Shown piece by piece: positions 1 to 10,500 of a stretch of DNA of 64,000 nucleotides. Each line of letters begins with the position of its first letter. The first letter of the stretch is position 1. Source of the DNA: an uncultured Muribaculaceae bacterium (GTDB lineage: Bacteria; Bacteroidota; Bacteroidia; Bacteroidales; Muribaculaceae); the NCBI GenBank assembly GCA_910583675.1, contig CAJTYH010000010.1, forward strand, positions 526 through 64,525. Reading direction: 5' to 3'. Under the pieces are notes generated by a model. That model searched no databases. It had not been told where the DNA came from and saw only the letters and a program-made list of their open reading frames with translations. The translations under genes and the position numbers were made by a program.

Positions 1-160
1 CTATGCATTGCATAACTTGTTTGAGGATTCTTAAGGCAAATATGGGCAAGAACATGCCGGAGGGTGAAAAATTACCCCCCCGTTTTTGTTATTTGACTGT
101 AAATCAATCGTTTGCAATCGCAGGCAAGTGTTGCGGGCAGCAATCTGTGCCCTTTTCTGT

Positions 161-168
161 TATTTTTG
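161..168 (+). promoter_or_regulatory. Bacteroidetes -7 promoter box (TATTTTTG) upstream of pilus operon
   Basis: Matches the TAnnTTTG consensus ~195 nt before the first CDS. Confidence 0.45.
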
Positions 169-362
169 TACCCCTCCACTCTTCCGGTCGGCAGTCTGAC
201 CGGGAGTTTCCTGTCGTGCATATGTTACGCCATCAGGCTCCCTTCCTTGCGAAGAGGGTCTGAGTTTTCTTGCATCTTGTTCCCTTAGTGCTCTTTAGTG
301 CTCTTTCCTCGGCTTGACACAGCCACCACCATTGTCACTACCCTCCGGTACCAATTAAAATT

Positions 363-944
363 ATGAAAATACGATACCTGATCACATTTTTGCTAATGCT
401 CGCCGCAGTGCAAGTGGCGCGTTCACAGAGCGTGGCTCTGAAAAGCAACTTGCTTTACGATGCTACGCTTACGCTCAATGGCGGCGTGGAAGTGAAGTTC
501 GCGCCAAAATGGACAGGCGACCTTAGCGCCAACCTTAATGCCTGGACTGTAGACAACCGTCGTTGGAAGCACTGGCTTGTGCAGCCGGAGGCTCGTTACT
601 GGTTCTGCGAGGCGTTCTCCGGACATTTCGTCGGTGGGCATCTTCTGGGTGGCCAGTACAATTGGGGCAACCTGAACCTTCCGTTCAGTTTCCTCGGCAC
701 CGATTTCGGCAAGCTTAAAGATTACCGCTACCAGGGTTGGATGGTCGGTGCCGGCATAGCCTACGGATATTCCTGGATCCTCAATCGCCATTGGAACATA
801 GAGGCCGAGATAGGCCTGGGATGGGTGTATACCCGCTCCGACGTGTTCGAGTGTGCCGACTGTGGCCAGCGCATAAAAAGAAAGGTGCCTCACAACTATG
901 TGGGACCTACGAAAATCGCCATTAACCTGATTTATACACTTTGA
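363..944 (+). CDS. DUF3575-family outer-membrane beta-barrel protein (type V pilus locus)
   Basis: Signal peptide; VALKSNLLYDATLTLN, QPEARYW, YVGPTKIAINLIY motifs typical of DUF3575. Confidence 0.85.
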   Translation: MKIRYLITFLLMLAAVQVARSQSVALKSNLLYDATLTLNGGVEVKFAPKWTGDLSANLNAWTVDNRRWKHWLVQPEARYWFCEAFSGHFVGGHLLGGQYNWGNLNLPFSFLGTDFGKLKDYRYQGWMVGAGIAYGYSWILNRHWNIEAEIGLGWVYTRSDVFECADCGQRIKRKVPHNYVGPTKIAINLIYTL

Positions 945-955
945 CCGATACAGAT

Positions 956-2419
956 ATGAAATATACCAATCTCATCACCGCCGCCTTGCTCGCCCTTGTG
1001 GCGTGGGCTCCGGCTGCCGCCGGGGAGGGGGAGCTGCTCAAAGTGACCGAAATACAGGTGGCACGCCGCGACAATGCCCTCTCGCTTATCCTTGACATAG
1101 ACCCCCGCTCGGTCAATCCGGGGCGCGACCGCGAGGTCATCTTCACCCCGGTGGTCATCTCCGATGCCGGAACCGACAGCGTGGCTTTTCCGGCCATCCG
1201 CGTGGCGGGACGCAACCGATATTACTCGCATCTGCGCAACCACAACCTCCCGGAAGGGGAACGCATGTGGTCTGCCGGATCGCGCGACCTCATAGAATAC
1301 CGCAAGGAGATACCTTTCGAGCCGTGGATGGAGCGCTGCCATATAGACATGCGCCAGGCCACCGGTCACTGCTGCGATCCGATACTGCACGATGCCGACA
1401 TCCCATTGGCCGAGCTTGACTACACCACTCCTCCCGTGGCGCCCGCCATAAACTTCGTGGAGCTTACGGGCGACGAGGCCGTGGAGCGCACAGCCGAGGG
1501 GAGCGCCTACATTGACTTTATCGTCAACCGCACCGAGATCCGCCCGACCTACCGCCGCAACACTGTGGAGCTTGCCAAGATCATAGAGTCCATAGACCTG
1601 GTGAAGAACGACCCCGACGCCACCATCACGCGCGTCACCATCAAGGGTTTCGCTTCTCCCGAAGGCTCCTATTCCAACAACGTGCGGTTGGCCATGGGGC
1701 GTACCCAGGCGCTAAAGGAATATGTGCGCGAGCACTACAACTTCAACCCCGAGATCATGTTCACCGACTACGAGCCTGAGGACTGGGAAGGGTTGCGTCG
1801 CCGTCTGCTTGACCTTGACATCCCCCATCGTGAGGAGATACTCCAGATCGTGGACTCCCCGATGGAGCCTGATCCGAAGAACGCCGAGATCCAGACGCGT
1901 TACCCTGCTGAATACAAGTTCCTGCTTGACAGCATTTATCCGGCCCTGCGTCACTCCGACTACACCGTCAAGTACCGCATCCGCACGTTTGTTGACATTG
2001 AGGAGTTGAAAGCAGTGTATGCCACTAACCCCGCCAATCTCCGTCCGGTCGATTTCCAGCGCATCGCCGCCACCTATCCGTCGGATTCCCCGGAGTACGA
2101 GCAGGTATACCTCAAGGCCGTAGAACTTTACCCGGCCGATCCCGAGGCCAACCTCAACGCCGCCAACATCACCCTGCGTCATGGCGACCGCGCCTCGGCT
2201 GCCAACTATCTGCGCAATGCCGGTGACTCTCCCGAGGCTGTCTTCACCCGCGCCTCTCTTGCGGCGGTCAACGGCGACCTGCAGCGTGCCGTCGAGCTGT
2301 TCGACACCGCAGCTGCAACCGGCATGGAAGCTGCAGCCGTCGAGCGCGACCGCGTTGATGCCATCATCAAGCGCCCCCGTGTCACATACCTGATCAAGCC
2401 GCAGCCCGTATCGAAATAA
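956..2419 (+). CDS. DUF3868 / OmpA-like domain protein with C-terminal TPR-like helices
   Basis: IKGFASPEGSYSNNVRLAMGR OmpA-like motif, YPALR, usual position after DUF3575. Confidence 0.85.
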   Translation: MKYTNLITAALLALVAWAPAAAGEGELLKVTEIQVARRDNALSLILDIDPRSVNPGRDREVIFTPVVISDAGTDSVAFPAIRVAGRNRYYSHLRNHNLPEGERMWSAGSRDLIEYRKEIPFEPWMERCHIDMRQATGHCCDPILHDADIPLAELDYTTPPVAPAINFVELTGDEAVERTAEGSAYIDFIVNRTEIRPTYRRNTVELAKIIESIDLVKNDPDATITRVTIKGFASPEGSYSNNVRLAMGRTQALKEYVREHYNFNPEIMFTDYEPEDWEGLRRRLLDLDIPHREEILQIVDSPMEPDPKNAEIQTRYPAEYKFLLDSIYPALRHSDYTVKYRIRTFVDIEELKAVYATNPANLRPVDFQRIAATYPSDSPEYEQVYLKAVELYPADPEANLNAANITLRHGDRASAANYLRNAGDSPEAVFTRASLAAVNGDLQRAVELFDTAAATGMEAAAVERDRVDAIIKRPRVTYLIKPQPVSK

Positions 2420-2497
2420 ACCCCATACGCGTGAAAGCGTAACCGATATACAAGAAAGAAAAAAACAATAATTAACTTTATCCAAAACACAATTACA

Positions 2498-4345
2498 ATG
2501 AACAAAACCAGTAAACTGTTCGCAGGATTCGCAGCGCTTGCCCTCATGGCATCCTGCTCCTCCGACGAACCCCTCACCGGCGGCGAGACCGGTGGCGCTC
2601 CTGTAACCCCGGTAGAGGGTCAGAAAGCCTATCTTAATGTGAAAATCAGCGATGCCGGCAACATGCCATTCGGACGAAGCACCGACTTTGAGACTCCTTC
2701 GTATGAATTTGGCGATGCCGACGAGCACAAGGTGAACAACGCACGCTTCTTCTTCTTCGACGAGAACGGCATCAAGGTTGCTGAGGCCGGGTTGACTCCC
2801 GTCGTTGATGTGGATAACCCCGGCGGATCTGATGGTGATTTCGAAAAGAATCCCAACATAGAGTATTTCGTGAACAATGTTCTTGTCCTGGAGGATCTCA
2901 AATCCAACACGTATCCCAAGTACATGCTTACCGTGCTCAATAAGAAGGATTTCGAGCCGGAACCCACACTTCAGGCTACATGCGACAAACTCGTGAATTT
3001 CGCTACCGACGAAAAGTCTCAGAACTTCGTGATGTCCACTACCAGCTACTTCAAGGGTGCTGCTGAAGACAAGAATCACGACGACAAGTACTATGGTGTA
3101 ACCATGCTTGATGAAGGCGATTTCAAGACCACACCTACAGAGGCACAGAATATGTCTCCGGTGAACGTATATGTTGAGCGTCTTGCTGCAAAGGTACAGT
3201 TGACTATGGATGTAGAAGATGGTGTCATCACATTGGATGGCGGCAGGAAACTCTACCCCCTTGCACAGACCGTGGCCGGTATGCCCAACGAAGACGGCAA
3301 CGGTGAATGGCAGGCCAACACGAAGATATATGTGGAGGTTATTGGTTGGAGCCTAAATGCTACCGCAAATAATTCGCATATGACAAAGGATATCTCCAAC
3401 TGGAGTTCTAACGATGTGTTTACCGCATGGAACAATGCTTCTCTCTATCGTAGCTTCTGGGGAGCCGCAGCCGAGACCTATGGTCTGACAGGTACGACAC
3501 TTGAGAATAATCTGACCTACATAAACGACAAGGCGCTTACCGGCAAGCTTACAAACGAAGATTCGAAATATGCCCAGTATTGCTATGAGAACACAAACAC
3601 TCCCGTCAATATCTTCGCTCAGAATGCAGCTGAGCAGAACCTCGTAATTCCCAGCCACGTAACTCATATTGTTCTCGCTACTCGTATTTGCGATGCTGAA
3701 GGGAATGAGATACCGGCTCTCAATTTCCGTGGAATGCTCTATACCGAAGAATCTTTCCGTGCTTATCTCCTCAACGTACTTAAGAATCAGACCGAAGGCC
3801 TGAACTATTATTACGTAGATGGCACAGAAGAGGTAAATGGCACAGTAACGACCAAGTATCGTCAGGTTAACGAAAACGATATCGATTTCGCTAAGAAACC
3901 TAACACCATCGGTGCTGCCACTTTCGCTCTTAAGAGCACAGACCAGCTGTATGAGAAGACCGGTGAAAAGGACGCTCAAAACAATGATGTCTATGCACCG
4001 GTTGACGGTCAGCAGCTTGTTGCTCGTCTAAATGTCCTTATTCCTTCGGGAACAGACCTCCAGTACTACAAGGATGCCAACCTCTACTACATCCCCGTTG
4101 AGCACAATACTTCTGTAGAGACTGCGAATGAAGGCAAGGCTGTAGAAGGCTACTATGGCGTTGTACGTAACCACTGGTACAAGGTTTCCATTAACAGCTT
4201 CAGCAAGGTGGGTCATGCCCTCTTCGTGCCCGATGGTGGCGAGGTTGTCATCCGTCCTGACAAGCCCGAGGATCCCCTCTACTACGTAGGTGCCAAGATC
4301 AACATCCTCTCCTGGCGTGTGATCAATCAGGGTGTTGATCTCTGA
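2498..4345 (+). CDS. Mfa1/FimA-like major type V pilin (lipoprotein)
   Basis: Lipobox MASC, Arg processing site FGR/S, VYVERLAAKV, YCYENT, YGVVRNHWY, C-terminal INILSWRVINQGVDL donor strand. Confidence 0.88.
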   Translation: MNKTSKLFAGFAALALMASCSSDEPLTGGETGGAPVTPVEGQKAYLNVKISDAGNMPFGRSTDFETPSYEFGDADEHKVNNARFFFFDENGIKVAEAGLTPVVDVDNPGGSDGDFEKNPNIEYFVNNVLVLEDLKSNTYPKYMLTVLNKKDFEPEPTLQATCDKLVNFATDEKSQNFVMSTTSYFKGAAEDKNHDDKYYGVTMLDEGDFKTTPTEAQNMSPVNVYVERLAAKVQLTMDVEDGVITLDGGRKLYPLAQTVAGMPNEDGNGEWQANTKIYVEVIGWSLNATANNSHMTKDISNWSSNDVFTAWNNASLYRSFWGAAAETYGLTGTTLENNLTYINDKALTGKLTNEDSKYAQYCYENTNTPVNIFAQNAAEQNLVIPSHVTHIVLATRICDAEGNEIPALNFRGMLYTEESFRAYLLNVLKNQTEGLNYYYVDGTEEVNGTVTTKYRQVNENDIDFAKKPNTIGAATFALKSTDQLYEKTGEKDAQNNDVYAPVDGQQLVARLNVLIPSGTDLQYYKDANLYYIPVEHNTSVETANEGKAVEGYYGVVRNHWYKVSINSFSKVGHALFVPDGGEVVIRPDKPEDPLYYVGAKINILSWRVINQGVDL

Positions 4346-4391
4346 TCCATGCTTTCAAAGCTGTAAAATAACAGACTTTTTCCTATGATAC

Positions 4392-4437
4392 CCGCAGCCG
4401 GTCGCCATGACCGGCAGACCGGCTGCGGTTGCTTTTA
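4392..4437 (+). terminator. Intrinsic terminator/attenuator after the major pilin
   Basis: CCGCAGCCGGTC...GACCGGCTGCGG stem followed by TTGCTTTT. Confidence 0.65.
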
Positions 4438-4597
4438 CTCTCAATCTCCCTCCTCTCATTAAAAAACTCTCTGTCCGAGAACCCAAGTGCTGCCCGCTCA
4501 TGCGGCAGTGCCGATACCTCTCCTCCTTTTTTATCTCAGAAAATCCCTGCCCGCACCACACAGTGCGCGGGTTCCAGATATATAGAAAACAGAAAGA

Positions 4598-5656
4598 ATG
4601 AAACTTACTCTCACCGACATAACTTTGCGATTGGCGGCTCCGCTGATAGCCCTCGCGTGTCTCACAGGATGCAACGGCCTGATATATGACGACGAGGGGG
4701 ACTGCGATCCCTATTACAAGGTAAAGTTCGTATACGACACCAACCTCAAGTTCACCGATGCCTTTGCTGCCGAAGTGAGCGAAGTCACCCTCTATGTGGT
4801 CGACTCCTCCACCGGCGAAATAGTATGGCAGCGTCATGAGGAGGGGGAAGCCCTGCGTAGCGGCAACTACCTGATGGATGTTGATGTGGCGCCAGGTCGC
4901 TATGATCTCATCGCCTGGTGCGGCGAGGGGCATACCTCTTCGTTTACCGTGACCGATGCTACGGTGCGCGAAGGGCTTGCATGCAAGCTGACCGACCGCG
5001 AGGCGGCTCCCGAAGATGGGGAGGCGCATGTGCGCAACGAGCTTCGTCGGCTCTTCCACGGCAAGAGCGACAATGTGGAGTTTGAGGACGAGCAGGGTGT
5101 GCACATAAAGACCGTGCGTCTCATAAAGGACACCAACGACCTACACATAATGCTCCAGCACCTTTCAGGCGAGGATGTAGACCACCGTGACTTCACTTTC
5201 ACCGTGACCGGCACAAACGGCCACATGGATTGGGACAACTCCCTGCTTCCAGATGACAAGCTCACATATTTCGCGCACAGCATCTATTCCGGTACAGCCG
5301 GAGTGGAGGTGCCCGACTATACCAAGCCCGAGGGTGAGGAAGGACGCGCCATAACTCAGGTAAGCGCCGCTGTAGGTCACCTCTCATTGTCGCGTCTGAT
5401 GGTGGATGATGACCTTTACGTGAAGATTCACAACAAGGAGGGGGAACAGATTGTTTCCGTTCCTCTTTCCGAATATGCCCTTCTGGTAAGGGGCAAGTAC
5501 AAACACCCCGACGGCACTGAACTGACACCGCAGGAATACCTTGACTATCAGGACGACTACTCCATGGTCTTCTTCCTTGACGAGAACGGCCGATGGTCAA
5601 AGACACACATCTACATCAACAGCTGGCGCGTAGTGCTCCAGAACACCGATTTGTAA
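4598..5656 (+). CDS. FimB/Mfa2-family anchor pilin (lipoprotein)
   Basis: Lipobox LTGC, IYDDEGDC, YLDYQDDYSMVFFLD, IYINSWRVV C-terminus. Confidence 0.85.
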   Translation: MKLTLTDITLRLAAPLIALACLTGCNGLIYDDEGDCDPYYKVKFVYDTNLKFTDAFAAEVSEVTLYVVDSSTGEIVWQRHEEGEALRSGNYLMDVDVAPGRYDLIAWCGEGHTSSFTVTDATVREGLACKLTDREAAPEDGEAHVRNELRRLFHGKSDNVEFEDEQGVHIKTVRLIKDTNDLHIMLQHLSGEDVDHRDFTFTVTGTNGHMDWDNSLLPDDKLTYFAHSIYSGTAGVEVPDYTKPEGEEGRAITQVSAAVGHLSLSRLMVDDDLYVKIHNKEGEQIVSVPLSEYALLVRGKYKHPDGTELTPQEYLDYQDDYSMVFFLDENGRWSKTHIYINSWRVVLQNTDL

Positions 5657-5683
5657 ACACACACGATAGGAGAAGAGAAAACA

Positions 5684-7483
5684 ATGATACTACCCCGCAC
5701 ATACATCGATGCTATCCGGCGCTTGCTCAGGCAGACGGCGGTTGCCGTCGTGCCCCTGATGGCGTTGATCCTCATGGGTGCATGCCGCTCCGACGTTGCC
5801 GGGGATGAACCGGGCGATGTTCAGCGAGAGCCGGTATACAGGGCCGGATTCTACGTCACCACCGGCGACGTGCGCCTATCTCGCGCCCCGGCTCCGGGAG
5901 ACTATGAAGCCGGCACACCTGTGGAAAACTACATAGACATAGATGGTGGAGACTTCCGCATACTCATGTTCAACGAGAACGACACGTATGTGGGGCAGCT
6001 TACCGACATACTTATCCATCCGGCTTCGTCCGACGGCACTTTCAAGACCTACCTCGTAAGCGGCATAATACCCGCCGCCGTTCCTGAGACGCTTGGTGGG
6101 AAGCTCAAGGTGATGATGCTTGCCAACTGGCGCGGATCCTACCCCGAGCCGGAAGCCGGTGTGACCTCCCTGGCCGACATAGCCACCGATGCCGCCTCGC
6201 TCTATGATTTCAGTTATCCTGCCGACACCCAGATAGGTGCCGGGCGGCTTATCCCGATGTTCGGAGTTACAGACCTACTCACCGGTTTGGAGTTTGATCC
6301 CGGATGGTCTACCGACCTTGGCACCATCCATATGCTCCGAGCCTATGCCCAGGTGCGCGTGCGTGTTGCCGAAGGCTCGCTGCCGATCGTGTCGGCAAGG
6401 CTCACCAACACCAATTCCCGAGGCTACCGTGCACCCATAGGTGTAAAGGCGCAAGCCGACTATGTGTCCGGCTCATATGCTCATGACTACTACCGCCTAC
6501 CGTCCATTCCAGCCGACGCACGAGTGCGGAAAGGGATGGCGTTTACCATGGGCACTGACGGATGCTGGCGCATATACGTGCCGGAATTTGCCAATCTCGC
6601 CGACCCGTCAAAGCCGCAGCAGCCAAAAGACGATGCAGATCGCTGTCAGCTGGAGGTGAAGTTCGAGGGCGACGTACTCACGCACTATATAGACTTCAAG
6701 TATTACGACGATCCGCCCTCCTATGCGCATCCCGACGCACGCAAGGGAGACCATTTCAACATACTCCGCAACAACATCTACGACTACACTTTGCGCCGCA
6801 TGACAGGCGAGTCGGAAGTGCAGGTGGAGGTTGACGTGATACCCTATTCGGAAGTCGTGCTCAAGCCCGAGTTCGGTCTTGACCGCGACAATGTCACCGG
6901 ATGGATCATTATAAAGGGATATGCTCCCAAGACCTATTATTACGACGACAAGCACGACCGCTACTACGACGGGGACAAGAATCCCATAGCCAAGCGTGTG
7001 GAGCTTTCCGAAAACGGCCTCTATCTGATCCGCGATCCACGGACGCGCGATCTTCGCTATGCCTACGACTATGCCGCTGACAAGTACTGGCTTGACCGCG
7101 ATCGCCTGAAACCGTTTACGGAGGTCATGCAATATGAAAAGTACCTCCCCGAGGCAACCATCACTACAGGATTGGGGGAGACAGGTACGCTTGACGTGCT
7201 TGTGATGTGGCAGGACGAATATGGTTCGGCTATATCAATGTACGGAATAAAGACCGGCATCGTCTACGACAAGAACCTCGCACCAAGGGACTATATACCC
7301 AATTACGGATACAAGCGTTGGACGGAGGTCGGATATGAGAGTCGTGGTTACATGGTCATTGCCTATGACTATGACGGCAATCCGATGTTCTTCTACGATG
7401 TGGCGAATGACAAGTATTTCTATGACGGCAAGCCCGGCGAAATATCCCTCAGGGAGGTGGAGGCTTTCCCTCCGCGACCTTGA
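5684..7483 (+). CDS. Minor type V pilin with extra C-terminal repeat domain
   Basis: Lipobox MGAC, MLANW, IPMFG, IYVPE, ILRNNIYDY, VIPYSEVVLKPEFGL, then four aromatic repeats. Confidence 0.75.
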   Translation: MILPRTYIDAIRRLLRQTAVAVVPLMALILMGACRSDVAGDEPGDVQREPVYRAGFYVTTGDVRLSRAPAPGDYEAGTPVENYIDIDGGDFRILMFNENDTYVGQLTDILIHPASSDGTFKTYLVSGIIPAAVPETLGGKLKVMMLANWRGSYPEPEAGVTSLADIATDAASLYDFSYPADTQIGAGRLIPMFGVTDLLTGLEFDPGWSTDLGTIHMLRAYAQVRVRVAEGSLPIVSARLTNTNSRGYRAPIGVKAQADYVSGSYAHDYYRLPSIPADARVRKGMAFTMGTDGCWRIYVPEFANLADPSKPQQPKDDADRCQLEVKFEGDVLTHYIDFKYYDDPPSYAHPDARKGDHFNILRNNIYDYTLRRMTGESEVQVEVDVIPYSEVVLKPEFGLDRDNVTGWIIIKGYAPKTYYYDDKHDRYYDGDKNPIAKRVELSENGLYLIRDPRTRDLRYAYDYAADKYWLDRDRLKPFTEVMQYEKYLPEATITTGLGETGTLDVLVMWQDEYGSAISMYGIKTGIVYDKNLAPRDYIPNYGYKRWTEVGYESRGYMVIAYDYDGNPMFFYDVANDKYFYDGKPGEISLREVEAFPPRP

Positions 7484-7526
7484 GTAAACAGGTTTCTCTG
7501 CCAACCTCTTATTTTGAAATCGACCT

Positions 7527-10500
7527 ATGACTGAAAGATACAATCACATGATATACCGGCGCATCTCTCCATGGCGCCTTTTCATAGCCCTGTTTGCGGT
7601 TCTCCTTTCTGCGTCGTTCAGTTCCTGCATCGACGAGATAGAGTATCCCGACGGCGAGATTCCCGACGGTGAGACCACCGTCATGACCGAAGTGCGTTTT
7701 ACCCCATTGGTGGAAGCCGAGCTTGACGGTGCCTCCAGTCGTTCCAACGGCCTGGAGTTCGGCCAGGGCAACACGTCGGCTCCCACAGGCGACCGTATGG
7801 ATGCCATAACGTCGCTCCACCTGCTGTTCTATACCACTGCCGGCGATCTCATCCCCGATCTGTCGTTTACGGTGGATCTTGAACAATACAAGCCGGTGCT
7901 CGAACCGCGCGTTGACGAGAACGCCTCAAACGGCGTGTCGGCTCAGGATGCCACATACTGCGTGAAGCTCCCTCTTACGCTTCCCAACGGCGTATACAAG
8001 ATCTTTGCCGTGGCCAACATGCCCGGTCTGCTCACAGATTCCCAATATGCCGAGGCCATTAAGACGATCGGTGGACTTCGCAGCATAAAACTCTCATGGG
8101 TGCCGAATGACATATCCAAGAACTCGGAGATGCTGGGATATTTCACCAACGAGAAACAGGATACCCGTGGCATGAACTTCGAGAACGAGGGCACTGTCAC
8201 AGTAAGTCCCCGCAACACGACATTGCACGCATGGATACGCCGCGCCGTTTCCAAGCTCACCATTGACTTTGACGGCAGCAATCTGCGCGACAACGTGTTT
8301 GTATATATCAAGGAAGCCCGCGTGTATGACATAGCCGACGGTTGTTACCTCGGTTACTACAGTTGCGTCGGCGACCCCTCCAAGGAGGCCGACATTCAGG
8401 CCAAGGGTGGCTTCGGACTGGCCAAGTCCAGCCATGTGCTCATGTATGGCTCCGGTGAGGATGCCGACTATGAGAAGTGGCCGGTAGTGACCCGTGGTCA
8501 GAACTTAGACAGCTATAAGGGGCTGGATGGCAAAGAGGTCAAGTTCCACGACGAGAAGGCCTATTGCCTCCCGTTCTATGAGAATATACAGGGTAACGGC
8601 GACCTGAAATATCAGGACGGCGACGGTGACGGCATGGTGGATCATCCTACTGCCGGCGATCATACCGGTGAAGGAGCAGACCGCGTGTGGACGCACGAGA
8701 AAGCCAAGGACAGCAAGCCCAACGGCACCTACGTGGAGGTCATAGGTCACTATGAATCCCGCAATAAGGACTATGCCTCGGGGGGCGAGATCAAGTTCCG
8801 TTTCATGCTTGGCAAGGACGTGAAGCGCAACTTCGACGTGGAGCGCAACCATCACTACAAGCTCACACTCAGCTTCAAAGGCAACGGCAACGATGCCGAC
8901 TGGCACATCGAATACGATGAGACCCCCGGCATCCATCTCCCCAGCCCGCTCTACATATCCTACCTCTACAACAAGAGCCTCACTTTCCCCATCCGTATCA
9001 ACACCGGAGGCAAGAAACTCAAATCCGTCAAAATTGACATTGTCCGCAACAACTGGGCGCCCTACTTCGAGGACGGCCACGACATCTCCGAAGATCTCGA
9101 CTACTACAAGGATGCTGACGAAAAGGGGGGATATGGGACGAAGTATCCCGAATATGGTTTTCTGTCTTTGTTGAAAACTTCTCAGAAAACGATAGAGGGA
9201 GTCACTGTATCAGGGCATTACAATCAGAAACATATTGATGATGGTGGCCTTCAGGTATCGCGTGGATCACGCGAATATCTTGTTGATGCCGGGGAGCATG
9301 GGAATGAAGATCTCGGGAAATATGTGGTGCGACATGACGGAAATATCGTTGAGATGGAAATACCGCTGTATACGAGGGCAAAAAATCTTGTAAAGGAATC
9401 CGCATACACGGGTAACAATCCCTATTTCGGCTATCCGCGTCTGGCGGAAATTACCGTCACGGCTACCTATACCGATGATTCAAAGACTATCATCCCTAAT
9501 ATACCGGTCTATCAGGTGCGCCGTCTTGTCAATCCCAAGGGGATATTCCGAAAAGCCGGCAACAACACCTCTTTTCATGTGAAGTTGCTTGAAAAGGAGC
9601 ATGAGGCTTCCACTAAGTTTCAGGAATTGTCCTCAATAGGACCCTGGAGAGCATATGTGCTTACCGAGGATGGTGACTTCATCAATCTTGATGGCAAGAA
9701 AGAGGTCAGTGGGACGACCTCCACAGCAGTTGATTTTAATGTAAACTTCGTTGGTAGTACCGACAAAGACAAAAATCGTTTTGCCATTATACAGGTAGAA
9801 TACCATAATCTCAGCTGTATCCATCAGATATTCGTGCGTCAGGGAGATGCCCCGGTTCAACTGTTCGACGAGAAAACCAATGGCAAGAACGTTTACTGGC
9901 ATACCTATAACATGTTGCTTAAGAATAAGGAGGTCACTTCCCCTCTTGATGAGGGATCCATGTTCAAATGGACAAACTGGGATCAACCTATTGATGCTTC
10001 TAATAACAAGAATTCCAAGGCAGATTGGGTGAAGGTAACTCCTGAAGATTTCAAACCTATAGGAGATTTGCGATTAGCTACTACGGGCAACGCTGTCCCA
10101 TGGTCTACAATTACGAGCGGTTCGAAATCAGGGGGAAATTTTGATGACCAAAAAGATAGCGAGGGCAATGTTTACTCTCTTCCTACATTTATGGAGTTCA
10201 TTTACCTCAGAAATAATACTGAACAGTCATTCGGTGTCCTATATGGTGATGAGGCGGAAGGTGTAAGTACTACTCTGACAAGTGCATATGGCTATCAGCG
10301 GGATGATAAGGGTAATGTAAATGGATCCTATGGAATGAGAGGTTCTTTCGCGTTTGTGGGTGATGAGTCTTCATCCCATTATGGTAAGCATGTTTTCTTA
10401 CCCGTTGGCGCATCAGGATACGGGAAACGCAAAAATTCTGGTGTGCATGGTTGGGGTGTGGTAAAAGAACCATATGCCGGTCAGCTAAGATATGCCGCAG

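Noticed and set aside
3..263. 86-aa ORF at the window start, and the 72-aa ORF at 53520-53738
   Set aside because: No motifs; both overlap promoter or hairpin-rich intergenic sequence.
57..348. Invertible promoter bounded by CCGGAGGGT (57-65) / ACCCTCCGG (340-348)
   Set aside because: Only 9 bp of perfect match and no recombinase in the window; would need read-orientation evidence.
1712..3079. 455-aa minus-strand ORF and other long antisense ORFs (e.g. 15051-16109, 42191-43201, 19901-20842, 40939-41817)
   Set aside because: Shadow frames of well-supported genes, with no recognisable motifs.
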